A DNA stretch of 64,000 nt from Cyanophora paradoxa CCMP329. Lineage: Eukaryota; Plantae; Glaucophyta. The DNA lies in assembly GCA_004431415.1 (NCBI GenBank), contig QPMI01000569.1, forward strand, positions 1-64,000, given 5' to 3'. The notes beneath the pieces are model-generated. The model had not been told where the DNA came from. It did not search any database and saw only the letters and a program-made list of their open reading frames with translations. Each line of letters opens with the position of its first letter. Within the stretch, counting starts at the first letter, position 1. Shown piece after piece: positions 24,842-37,304 of the stretch. A program made the position numbers and the translations under genes.

Positions 24842-26672
24842 ATGTGCGGTCGGCGGCTGGCGCGGTGGCTCCTCTTCCTCCTTGCGTTGCTGCTCGTCTC
24901 CGGCGCCGTCGTCGGGCAAAGTGCGCAGCTTTCCGCCCCCCTCCATTGCCCGCACGCGGTCGCCCCCGGCCCGTCCGTCGTCTCACAGCTGCCCTCCCTG
25001 CAGCGTGCCTCGCCGGCTCCTTCTCGACGTCCTTCACGCCGTACCCCTCCAACGCGACGCTCATACCCACCTTCTCGATCTCCGGATCTCCTCAGTACCT
25101 CCGCCTGTTCACTCAGGGGGGCTCCGCTCTACTCCCGGACATCCGATCCCAGGTACCCTCCCCCCCCCCCCTCCCCCCCTCTCCCTCACCCTTCGCTCCT
25201 CGGCCCCCCTCCCTCCCCTTCTTACCCACAACTCCCCACCCGCGCCCCGCCCGCTTCTTGGAATGTTCACTAACTGCTTGCTGCTCACTGCTGCGCAGGC
25301 CGGAGCTTTCCTCACCCCCTCCTCGGGTTCCCTGTACCCCGGGACCTCCGGCAGCCTCGAGCTGAGCGTGCGCCCCACCTGCTACATGTCGCCCGCGTAG
25401 CGGCGCTCCCGCCACCTCCCCGTAAACTGGTATCCCCCCACAGGCCTCCTTCAACACGGCATGGGCGGGGTACGTGGGCGAGCGCGTCGCACTCGTCTTT
25501 TCGGACGATCTGCAGCCCGCGAACCCCGCCTCCTACTCGTGCGCCGCCGCCCTGTATCCCCCTCGTCGGGCGCTGAGGGGGGTACCGGCGCGCGTCCGCT
25601 CGCAACGCAGGGGCCCGGCGTCGTGCCCCTGCGGCTTCTCGTGCCCCGCCGTCGACGGCCGCCGCCGCGGCCTCAAGGTCGACCTCTCCGTCCTCCCAGA
25701 CGGGTACTGGCAGGTCCGGAATTCGTCCCCCCCTCCCCTAATGCACCACCCCTCCCCCCCCACCACCCCGACACGTCAACATCAGATGTTTTCGGATACA
25801 GTGGAGCCCGACCTCGCTGCCTTCTGCGCCAACCCGGGTACGTCGTTTCTTCCCGCAGGGGTACGGGCCGCCCGCTGAGAGGGAGCGCCCGGCGCGGACC
25901 CCGCAGGCGGGACCATCACGGCGGGGCAGCCCCTCGTCCGCGTCGCGTTCAACAACGCTCTCGTCGCCTCCGCCTTCGTGCGCAGTACCCCTCCCGGACC
26001 CGCGCTCGCAGCCCCCGATCCGACTCGAGTGCACCGGCGCAGGCGAGCAAGGCCGGGGGCACGCTCAGCGTGAGCGTCTCCTCGCAAGGCGCCGTTCGGG
26101 TCTCGGCGGGAGGCTCCCCGCTCATCGGCTACAGCACACCGGTCGTCATCCCGGGCTGGGGCGCGGCCGCCTTCTCGTCGCCGCCCGCGGCCGGCCTCGT
26201 CGGCTGCAGCTGTCTGCGCGACGTCTCCGCCTTTGTACAGTCCCTCTACGTCTGCAATAACAGCACGACTAGTGCCGGTGAGCCGAAAATGTGCGTACAT
26301 TTCCTGTTGAAGAACCTCACCACAGGCTGCGCAGCGAACAGCGTGAGCCCCAGCCCGTCGCCACCAACCACGCCGACCCCGAGCCCGAGCCCGTCGCCCA
26401 GCGCCTCGCCGACGGAGACGCCGAGCCCGAGCCCGTCGCCCAGCGCCTCGCCGACGGAGACGCCGAGCCCGAGCCCGTCGCCCAGCGCCTCGCCGACGGA
26501 GACGGCGAGCCCGAGCCCGTCGCCCAGCGCCTCGCCGACGGAGACGGCGAGCCCGAGCCCGTCGCCCAGCGCCTCGCCGACGGAGACGCCGAGCCCGAGC
26601 CCGTCGCCCAGCGCCTCGCCGACGGAGACGCCGAGCCCGAGCCCGTCGCCCAGCGCCTCGCCGACGGAGACG

Positions 26673-26704
<32 letters not shown>

Positions 26705-26726
26705 CAGCGCCTCGCCGACGGAGACG

Positions 26727-26758
<32 letters not shown>

Positions 26759-26780
26759 CAGCGCCTCGCCGACGGAGACG

Positions 26781-26812
<32 letters not shown>

Positions 26813-27096
26813 CAGCGCCTCGCCGACGGAGACGCCGAGCCCGAGCCCGTCGCCCAGCGCCTCGCCGACGGAGACGCCGAGCCCGAGCCGTCGCCCAGCG
26901 CCTCGCCGACGGAGACGCCGAGCCGAGCCCGAGCCCGAGCCCGTCGCCCAGCGCCTCGCCGACGGAGACGCCGAGCCCGAGCCCGTCGCCCAGCGCCTCG
27001 CCGACGGAGACGCCGAGCCCGAGCCCGTCGCCCAGCGCCTCGCCGACGGAGACGCCGAGCCCGAGCCCGTCGCCCAGCGCCTCGCCGACGGAGACG

Positions 27097-27128
<32 letters not shown>

Positions 27129-27234
27129 CAGCGCCTCGCCGACGGAGACGCCGAGCCCGAGCCCGTCGCCCAGCGCCTCGCCGACGGAGACGCCGAGCCC
27201 GAGCCCGTCGCCCAGCGCCTCGCCGACGGAGACG

Positions 27235-27266
<32 letters not shown>

Positions 27267-27288
27267 CAGCGCCTCGCCGACGGAGACG

Positions 27289-27320
<32 letters not shown>

Positions 27321-27342
27321 CAGCGCCTCGCCGACGGAGACG

Positions 27343-27374
<32 letters not shown>

Positions 27375-27396
27375 CAGCGCCTCGCCGACGGAGACG

Positions 27397-27428
<32 letters not shown>

Positions 27429-27450
27429 CAGCGCCTCGCCGACGGAGACG

Positions 27451-27482
<32 letters not shown>

Positions 27483-27695
27483 CAGCGCCTCGCCGACGGA
27501 GACGCCGAGCCCGAGCCCGTCGCCCAGCGCCTCGCCGACGGAGACGCCGAGCCCGAGCCCGTCGCCCAGCGCCTCGCCGACGGAGACGCCGAGCCGAGCC
27601 CGAGCCCGAGCCCGTCGCCCAGCGCCTCGCCGACGGAGACGCCGAGCCCAAGCCCGAGCCCGAGCCCGTCGCCCAGCGCCTCGCCGACGGAGACG

Positions 27696-27727
<32 letters not shown>

Positions 27728-27749
27728 CAGCGCCTCGCCGACGGAAACG

Positions 27750-27781
<32 letters not shown>

Positions 27782-27803
27782 CAGCGCCTCGCCGACGGAG
27801 ACG

Positions 27804-27835
<32 letters not shown>

Positions 27836-27857
27836 CAGCGCCTCGCCGACGGAGACG

Positions 27858-27889
<32 letters not shown>

Positions 27890-28127
27890 CAGCGCCTCGC
27901 CGACGGAGACGCCGAGCCCGAGCCCGAGCCCGAGCCTGTCGCCCAGCGCCTCGCCGACGGAGACGCTGAGCCCGAGCCCGAGCCCGAGCCCGTCGCCCAG
28001 CGCCTCGCCGACGGAGACGCCGAGCCCGAGCCCGAGCCCGAGCCCGCCGCCCAGCGCCTCGCCGACGGAGACGCCGAGCCCGAGCCCGATCCCGAGCCCG
28101 TCGCCCAGCGCCTCGCCGACGGAGACG

Positions 28128-28159
<32 letters not shown>

Positions 28160-28235
28160 CAGCGCCTCGCCGACGGAGACGCCGAGCCCAAGCCCGAGCC
28201 CGAGCCCGTCGCCCAGCGCCTCGCCGACGGAGACG

Positions 28236-28267
<32 letters not shown>

Positions 28268-28289
28268 CAGCGCCTCGCCGACGGAAACG

Positions 28290-28321
<32 letters not shown>

Positions 28322-28396
28322 CAGCGCCTCGCCGACGGAGACGCCGAGCCCGAGCCGAGCCCGAGCCCGTCGCCCAGCGCCTCGCCGACGGAGACG

Positions 28397-28428
<32 letters not shown>

Positions 28429-28450
28429 CAGCGCCTCGCCGACGGAGACG

Positions 28451-28482
<32 letters not shown>

Positions 28483-28504
28483 CAGCGCCTCGCCGACGGA
28501 GACG

Positions 28505-28536
<32 letters not shown>

Positions 28537-28558
28537 CAGCGCCTCGCCGACGGAGACG

Positions 28559-28590
<32 letters not shown>

Positions 28591-28612
28591 CAGCGCCTCG
28601 CCGACGGAGACG

Positions 28613-28644
<32 letters not shown>

Positions 28645-28666
28645 CAGCGCCTCGCCGACGGAGACG

Positions 28667-28698
<32 letters not shown>

Positions 28699-28720
28699 CA
28701 GCGCCTCGCCGACGGAGACG

Positions 28721-28752
<32 letters not shown>

Positions 28753-28774
28753 CAGCGCCTCGCCGACGGAGACG

Positions 28775-28806
<32 letters not shown>

Positions 28807-28870
28807 CAGCGCCTCGCCGACGGAGACGCCGAGCCCGAGCCCGTCGCCCAGCGCCTCGCCGACGGAGACG

Positions 28871-28902
<32 letters not shown>

Positions 28903-29072
28903 CAGCGCCTCGCCGACGGAGACGCCGAGCCCGAGCCCGTCGCCCAGCGCCTCGCCGACGGAGACGCCGAGCCCGAGCCCGAGCCCGAGCCGCCGCCCAG
29001 CGCCTCGCCGACGGAGACGCGAGCCCGAGCCCGATCCCGAGCCCGTCGCCCAGCGCCTCGCCGACGGAGACG

Positions 29073-29104
<32 letters not shown>

Positions 29105-29126
29105 CAGCGCCTCGCCGACGGAGACG

Positions 29127-29158
<32 letters not shown>

Positions 29159-29180
29159 CAGCGCCTCGCCGACGGAGACG

Positions 29181-29212
<32 letters not shown>

Positions 29213-29318
29213 CAGCGCCTCGCCGACGGAAACGCCGAGCCCGAGCCCGTCGCCCAGCGCCTCGCCGACGGAGACGCCGAGCCCGAGCCCGTCGCCCAGC
29301 GCCTCGCCGACGGAGGCG

Positions 29319-29350
<32 letters not shown>

Positions 29351-29414
29351 CAGCGCCTCGCCGACGGAGACGGCGAGCCCGAGCCCGTCGCCCAGCGCCT
29401 CGCCGACGGAGACG

Positions 29415-29446
<32 letters not shown>

Positions 29447-29828
29447 CAGCGCCTCGCCGACGGAGACGCCGAGCCCAAGCCCGAGCCCGAGCCCGTCGCC
29501 CAGCGCCTCGCCGACGGAGACGCCGAGCCCGAGCCCGTCGCCCAGCGCCTCGCCGACGGAGACGCCAAGCCCGAGCCCGAGCCCGAGCCCGTCGCCCAGC
29601 GCCTCGCCGATGGAGACGTCGAGCCCGAGCCCGTCGCCCAGCGCCTCGCCGACGGAGACGCCGAGCCCGAGCCCGTCGCCCAGCGCCTCGCCGACGGAGA
29701 CGGCGAGCCCGAGCCCGTCGCCCAGCGCCTCGCCGACGGAGACGCCGAGCCCGAGCCCGTCGCCCAGCGCCTCGCCGACGGAGACGCCGAGCCCGAGCCC
29801 GTCGCCCAGCGCCTCGCCGACGGAGACG

Positions 29829-29860
<32 letters not shown>

Positions 29861-29966
29861 CAGCGCCTCGCCGACGGAGACGCCGAGCCCGAGCCCGTCG
29901 CCCAGCGCCTCGCCGACGGAGACGGCGAGCCCGAGCCCGTCGCCCAGCGCCTCGCCGACGGAGACG

Positions 29967-29998
<32 letters not shown>

Positions 29999-30524
29999 CA
30001 GCGCCTCGCCGACGGAGACGCCGAGCCCGAGCCCGTCGCCCAGCGCCTCGCCGACGGAGACGCTGAGCCCGAGCCCGTCGCCCAGCGCCTCGCCGACGGA
30101 GACGCCGAGCCCGAGCGCGTCGCCCAGCGCCTCGCCGACGGAGACGCCGAGCCCGAGCCCGTCGCCCAGCGCCTCGCCGACACAGGCGCCGAGCCCGAGC
30201 CCGTCGCCCAGCGCCTCGCCGACGGAGACGCCGAGCCCGAGCCCGTCGCCCAGCGCCTCGCCGACGGAGACGCCGAGCCCGAGCCCGTCGCCCAGCGCCT
30301 CGCCGACGGAGACGCCGAGCCCGAGCCCGTCGCCCAGCGCCTCGCCGACGGAGACGCCGAGCCCGAGCCCGTCTCCCAGCGCCTCGCCGACACAGGCGCC
30401 AAACCCGAGCCCGTCGCCCAGCGCCTCGCCGACGGAGACGCCGAGCCCGAGCCCGTCGCCCAGCGCCTCGCCGACGGAGACGCCGAGCCCGAGCCCGTCG
30501 CCCAGCGCCTCGCCGACGGAGGCG

Positions 30525-30556
<32 letters not shown>

Positions 30557-30620
30557 CAGCGCCTCGCCGACGGAGACGCCGAGCCCGAGCCCGTCGCCCA
30601 GCGCCTCGCCGACGGAGACG

Positions 30621-30652
<32 letters not shown>

Positions 30653-30716
30653 CAGCGCCTCGCCGACGGAGACGGCGAGCCCGAGCCCGTCGCCCAGCGC
30701 CTCGCCGACGGAGACG

Positions 30717-30748
<32 letters not shown>

Positions 30749-30937
30749 CAGCGCCTCGCCGACGGAGACGCCGAGCCCGAGCCCGTCGCCCAGCGCCTCG
30801 CCGATGGAGACGGCGAGCCCGAGCCCGTCGCCCAGCGCCTCGCCGACGGAGACGCCGAGCCCGAGCCCGTCGCCCAGCGCCTCGCCGATGGAGACGCCGA
30901 GCCGAGCCCGTCGCCCAGCGCCTCGCCGACGGAGACG

Positions 30938-30969
<32 letters not shown>

Positions 30970-31159
30970 CAGCGCCTCGCCGACGGAGACGCCGAGCCCG
31001 AGCCCGTCTCCCAGCGCCTCGCCGACGGAGACGCCGAGCCCGAGCCCGTCGCCCAGCGCCTCGCCGACGGAGACGCCGAGCCCGAGCCCGTCGCCCAGCG
31101 CCTCGCCGACGGAGACGGCGAGCCCGAGCCCGTCGCCCAGCGCCTCGCCGACGGAGACG

Positions 31160-31191
<32 letters not shown>

Positions 31192-31591
31192 CAGCGCCTC
31201 GCCGACGGAGACGCCGAGCCCGAGCCCGTCGCCCAGCGCCTCGCCGACGGAGACGCTGAGCCCGAGCCCGTCGCCCAGCGCCTCGCCGACGGAGACGCCG
31301 AGCCCGAGCGCGTCGCCCAGCGCCTCGCCGACGGAGACGCCGAGCCCGAGCCCGTCGCCCAGCGCCTCGCCGACACAGGCGCCGAGCCCGAGCCCATCGC
31401 CCAGCGCCTCTCCGACGGAGACGGCGAGCCCGAGCCCGTCGCCCAGCGCCTCGCCGACGGAGACGCCGAGCCCGAGCCCGTCGCCCAGCGCCTCGCCGAC
31501 GGAGACGCCGAGCCCGAGCCCGTCGCCCAGCGCCTCGCCGATGGAGACGCCGAGCCCGAGCCCGTCGCCCAGCGCCTCGCCGACGGAGACG

Positions 31592-31623
<32 letters not shown>

Positions 31624-31813
31624 CAGCGCCTCGCCGACGGAGACGCCGAGCCCGAGCCCGTCTCCCAGCGCCTCGCCGACGGAGACGCCGAGCCCGAGCC
31701 CGTCGCCCAGCGCCTCGCCGACGGAGACGCCGAGCCCGAGCCCGTCGCCCAGCGCCTCGCCGACGGAGACGGCGAGCCCGAGCCCGTCGCCCAGCGCCTC
31801 GCCGACGGAGACG

Positions 31814-31845
<32 letters not shown>

Positions 31846-31992
31846 CAGCGCCTCGCCGACGGAGACGCCGAGCCGAGCCCGTCGCCCAGCGCCTCGCCGA
31901 CGGAGACGCCGAGCCCGAGCCCGTCGCCCAGCGCCTCGCCGATGGAGACGCCGAGCCCGAGCCCGTCGCCCAGCGCCTCGCCGACGGAGACG

Positions 31993-32024
<32 letters not shown>

Positions 32025-32214
32025 CAGCGCCTCGCCGACGGAGACGCCGAGCCCGAGCCCGTCTCCCAGCGCCTCGCCGACGGAGACGCCGAGCCCGAGC
32101 CCGTCGCCCAGCGCCTCGCCGACGGAGACGCCGAGCCCGAGCCCGTCGCCCAGCGCCTCGCCGACGGAGACGGCGAGCCCGAGCCCGTCGCCCAGCGCCT
32201 CGCCGACGGAGACG

Positions 32215-32246
<32 letters not shown>

Positions 32247-32478
32247 CAGCGCCTCGCCGACGGAGACGCCGAGCCCGAGCCCGTCGCCCAGCGCCTCGCC
32301 GATGGAGACGCCGAGCCCGAGCCCGTCTCCCAGCGCCTCGCCGACGGAGACGCCGAGCCCGAGCCCGTCGCCCAGCGCCTCGCCGACGGAGACGCCGAGC
32401 CCGAGCCCGTCGCCCAGCGCCTCGCCGACGGAGACGCCGAGCCCGAGCCCGTCGCCCAGCGCCTCGCCGACGGAGGCG

Positions 32479-32510
<32 letters not shown>

Positions 32511-32532
32511 CAGCGCCTCGCCGACGGAGACG

Positions 32533-32564
<32 letters not shown>

Positions 32565-32628
32565 CAGCGCCTCGCCGACGGAGACGGCGAGCCCGAGCCC
32601 GTCGCCCAGCGCCTCGCCGACGGAGACG

Positions 32629-32660
<32 letters not shown>

Positions 32661-32850
32661 CAGCGCCTCGCCGACGGAGACGCCGAGCCCGAGCCCGTCG
32701 CCCAGCGCCTCGCCGATGGAGACGGCGAGCCCGAGCCCGTCGCCCAGCGCCTCGCCGACGGAGACGCCGAGCCCGAGCCCGTCGCCCAGCGCCTCGCCGA
32801 TGGAGACGCCGAGCCCGAGCCCGTCGCCCAGCGCCTCGCCGACGGACACG

Positions 32851-32882
<32 letters not shown>

Positions 32883-33114
32883 CAGCGCCTCGCCGACGGA
32901 GACGCCGAGCCCGAGCCCGTCGCCCAGCGCCTCGCCGACGGAGACGCCGAGCCCGAGCCCGTCGCCCAGCGCCTCGCCGACGGAGACGCCGAGCCCGAGC
33001 CCGTCGCCCAGCGCCTCGCCGACGGAGACGGCGAGCCCGAGCCCGTCGCCCAGCGCCTCGCCGACGGAGACGGCGAGCCCGAGCCCGTCTCCCAGCGCCT
33101 CGCCGACACAGGCG

Positions 33115-33146
<32 letters not shown>

Positions 33147-33168
33147 CAGCGCCTCGCCGACGGAGACG

Positions 33169-33200
<32 letters not shown>

Positions 33201-33222
33201 CAGCGCCTCGCCGACGGAGACG

Positions 33223-33254
<32 letters not shown>

Positions 33255-33277
33255 CAGCGCCTCGCCGACGGAGACCG

Positions 33278-33308
<31 letters not shown>

Positions 33309-33330
33309 CAGCTCTTCGCCGACGGAGACG

Positions 33331-33362
<32 letters not shown>

Positions 33363-33648
33363 CAGCGCCTCGCCGACGGAGACGGCGAGCCCGAGCCCGT
33401 CGCCCAGCGCCTCGCCGACGGAGACGCCGAGCCCAAGCCCGAGCCCGAGCCCGTCGCCCAGCGCCTCGCCGACGGAGACGCCGAGCCCGAGCCCGTCGCC
33501 CAGCGCCTCGCCGATGGAGACGGCGAGCCCGAGCCCGTCGCCCAGCGCCTCGCCGACGGAGACGCCGAGCCCGAGCCCGTCGCCCAGCGCCTCGCCGATG
33601 GAGACGCCGAGCCCGAGCCCGTCGCCCAGCGCCTCGCCGACGGAGACG

Positions 33649-33680
<32 letters not shown>

Positions 33681-34794
33681 CAGCGCCTCGCCGATGGAGA
33701 CGGCGAGCCCGAGCCCGTCGCCCAGCGCCTCGCCGACGGAGACGCCGAGCCCGAGCCCGTCGCCCAGCGCCTCGCCGACGGAGACGCCGAGCCCGAGCCC
33801 GTCTCCCAGCGCCTCGCCGACGGAGACGCCGAGCCCGAGCCCGTCGCCCAGCGCCTCGCCGACGGAGACGCCGAGCCCGAGCCCGTCGCCCAGCGCCTCG
33901 CCGACGGAGACGGCGAGCCCGAGCCCGTCGCCCAGCGCCTCGCCGACGGAGACGGCGAGCCCGAGCCCGTCTCCCAGCGCCTCGCCGACGGAGACGCCGA
34001 GCCCGAGCCCGTCGCCCAGCGCCTCGCCGACGGAGACGCCGAGCCCGAGCGCGTCGCCCAGCGCCTCGCCGACGGAGACGCCGAGCCCGAGCGCGTCGCC
34101 CAGCGCCTCGCCGACGGAGACGCCGAGCCCGAGCCCCTCTCCCGGCGCCTCGCCGACGGAGACGGCGAGCCCGAGCCCGTCGCCCAGCGCCTCGCCGACG
34201 CAGACGCCGAGCCCGAGCCCGTTGCCCAGCGCCTCCCCAACGGAGGCGCCGAGCCCGAGCGCGTCGCCCAGCGCCTCGCCGACGCAGACGCCGAGCCCGA
34301 GCCCGTCGCCCAGCGCCTCGCCGACGGAGACGCCGAGCCCGAGCCCGTCGCCCAGCGCCTCGCCGACGGAGACGCCGAGCCCGAGCCCGTCGCCCAGCGC
34401 CTCGCCGACGGAGACGCCGAGCCCGAGCCCGTCGCCCAGCGCCTCGCCGATGGAGACGCCGAGCCCGAGCCCATCGCCCAGCGCCTCGCCGACGGAGACG
34501 CCGAGCCCGAGCCCGTCGCCCAGCGCCCCGCCGACGGAGACGCCGAGCCCGAGCCCGTCGCCCAGCGCCTCGCCGACGGAGACGCCGAGCCCGAGCCCGT
34601 CGCCCAGCGCCTCGCCGACGGAGACGCCGAGCCCGAGCCCGTTGCCCAGCGCCTCCCCAACGGAGGCGCCGAGCCCGAGCCCGTCGCCCAGCGCCTCGCC
34701 GACGCAGACGCCGAGCCCGAGCCCATCGCCCAGCGCCTCGCCGACGGAGACGCCGAGCCCGAGCCCGTCGCCCAGCGCCTCGCCGACGGAGACG

Positions 34795-34826
<32 letters not shown>

Positions 34827-34848
34827 CAGCGCCTCGCCGACGGAGACG

Positions 34849-34880
<32 letters not shown>

Positions 34881-35328
34881 CAGCGCCTCGCCGACGGAGA
34901 CGGCGAGCCCGAGCCCGTCGCCCAGCGAGACGCCGAGCCCGAGCCCGAGCCTGTCTCCCAGCGCCTTGCCGACGGAGACGCCGAGCCCAAGCCCGTCGCC
35001 CAGCGCCTCGCCGACGGAGACGGCGAGCCCGAGCCCGTCGCCCAGCGCCTCGCCGACGCAGACGCCGAGCCCGAGCGCGTCGCCCAGCGCCTCGCCGACG
35101 CAGACGCCGAGCCCGAGCCCGTCGCCCAGCGCCTCGCCGACGGAGACGCCGAGCCCGAGCGCGTCGCCCAGCGCCTCGCCGACGGAGACGCCGAGCCCGA
35201 GCCCGTCGCCCAGCGCCTCGCCGACAGAGACGCCGAGCCCGAGCCCGTCTCCCAGCGCCTCGCCGATGGAGACGCCGAGCCCGAGCCCGAGCCCGAGCCT
35301 GTCTCCCAGCGCCTCGCCGACGGAGACG

Positions 35329-35360
<32 letters not shown>

Positions 35361-35760
35361 CAGCGCCTCGCCGACGGAGACGCCGAGCCCGAGCCCGTCG
35401 CCCAGCGCCTCGCCGACGGAGACGCCGAGCCCGAGCCCGTCTCCCAGCGCCTCGCCGACGGAGACGCCGAGCCCGAGCCCGTCTCCCAGCGCCTCGCCGA
35501 CGGAGACGCCGAGCCCGAGCGCGTCGCCCAGCGCCTCGCCGACGGAGACGCCGAGCCCGAGCCCGTCGCCCAGCGCCTCGCCGACAGAGACGCCGAGCCC
35601 GAGCCCGTCTCCCAGCGCCTCGCCGATGGAGACGCCGAGCCCGAGCCCGTCGCCCAGCGCCTCGCCGACGGAGACGGCGAGCCCGAGCCCGTCGCCCAGC
35701 GCCTCGCCGACGGAGACGCCGAGCCCGAGCGCGTCGCCCAGCGCCTCGCCGACGGAGACG

Positions 35761-35792
<32 letters not shown>

Positions 35793-35982
35793 CAGCGCCT
35801 CGCCGACGGAGACGCCGAGCCCGAGCCTGTCGCCCAGCGCCTCGCCGACGGAGACGCCGAGCCCGAGCCCGTCGCCCAGCGCCTCGCCGACGGAGACGCC
35901 GAGCCCGAGCCCGTCGCCCAGCGCCTCGCCGACAGAGACGCCGAGCCCGAGCCCGTCTCCCAGCGCCTCGCCGACGGAGACG

Positions 35983-36014
<32 letters not shown>

Positions 36015-36132
36015 CAGCGCCTCGCCGACGGAGATGGCGAGCCCGAGCCCGAGCCCGAGCCCATCGCCCAGCGCCTCGCCGACGGAGACGCCGAGCCCGA
36101 GCCCGTCGCCCAGCGCCTCTCCGACGGAGACG

Positions 36133-36164
<32 letters not shown>

Positions 36165-36534
36165 CAGCGCCTCGCCGACGGAGACGCCGAGCCCGAGCCC
36201 GTCGCCCAGCGCCTCGCCGACGGAGACGCCGAGCCCGAGCCCGTCTCCCAGCGCCTCGCCGACGGAGACGCCGAGCCCGAGCCCGTCGCCCAGCGCCTCG
36301 CCGACGGAGACGCCGAGCCCGAGCCCGTCGCCCAGCGCCTCGCCGACGGAGACGCCGAGCCCGAGCGCGTCGCCCAGCGCCTCGCCGACGGAGACGCCGA
36401 GCCCGAGCCCGTCGCCCAGCGCCTCGCCGACAGAGACGCCGAGCCCGAGCCCGTCTCCCAGCGCCTCGCCGATGGAGACGCCGAGCCCGAGCCCGAGCCC
36501 GAGCCTGTCTCCCAGCGCCTCGCCGACGGAGACG

Positions 36535-36566
<32 letters not shown>

Positions 36567-36587
36567 CAGCGCCTCGCCGACGGAGAC

Positions 36588-36626
<39 letters not shown>

Positions 36627-36816
36627 CAGCGCCTCGCCGACGGAGACGCCGAGCCCGAGCCTGTCGCCCAGCGCCTCGCCGACGGAGACGCCGAGCCCGA
36701 GCCCGTCGCCCAGCGCCTCGCCGACGGAGACGCCGAGCCCGAGCCCGTCGCCCAGCGCCTCGCCGACAGAGACGCCGAGCCCGAGCCCGTCTCCCAGCGC
36801 CTCGCCGACGGAGACG

Positions 36817-36848
<32 letters not shown>

Positions 36849-37050
36849 CAGCGCCTCGCCGACGGAGACGGCGAGCCCGAGCCCGTCGCCCAGCGCCTCG
36901 CCGACGCAGACGCTGAGCCCGAGCCCGAGCCCGAGCCCGTCGCCCAGCGCCTCGCCGACGGAGACGCCGAGCCCGAGCCCGTCGCCCAGCGCCTCGCCGA
37001 CAGAGACGCCGAGCCCGAGCCCGTCTCCCAGCGCCTCGCCGACGGAGACG

Positions 37051-37082
<32 letters not shown>

Positions 37083-37272
37083 CAGCGCCTCGCCGACGGA
37101 GACGGCGAGCCCGAGCCCGTCGCCCAGCGCCTCGCCGACGCAGACGCTGAGCCCGAGCCCGTCGCCCAGCGCCTCGCCGACGGAGACGCCGAGCCCGAGC
37201 CCGTCGCCCAGCGCCTCGCCGACGGAGACGGCGAGCCCGAGCCCGTCGCCCAGCGCCTCGCCGACGGAGACG

Positions 37273-37304
<32 letters not shown>
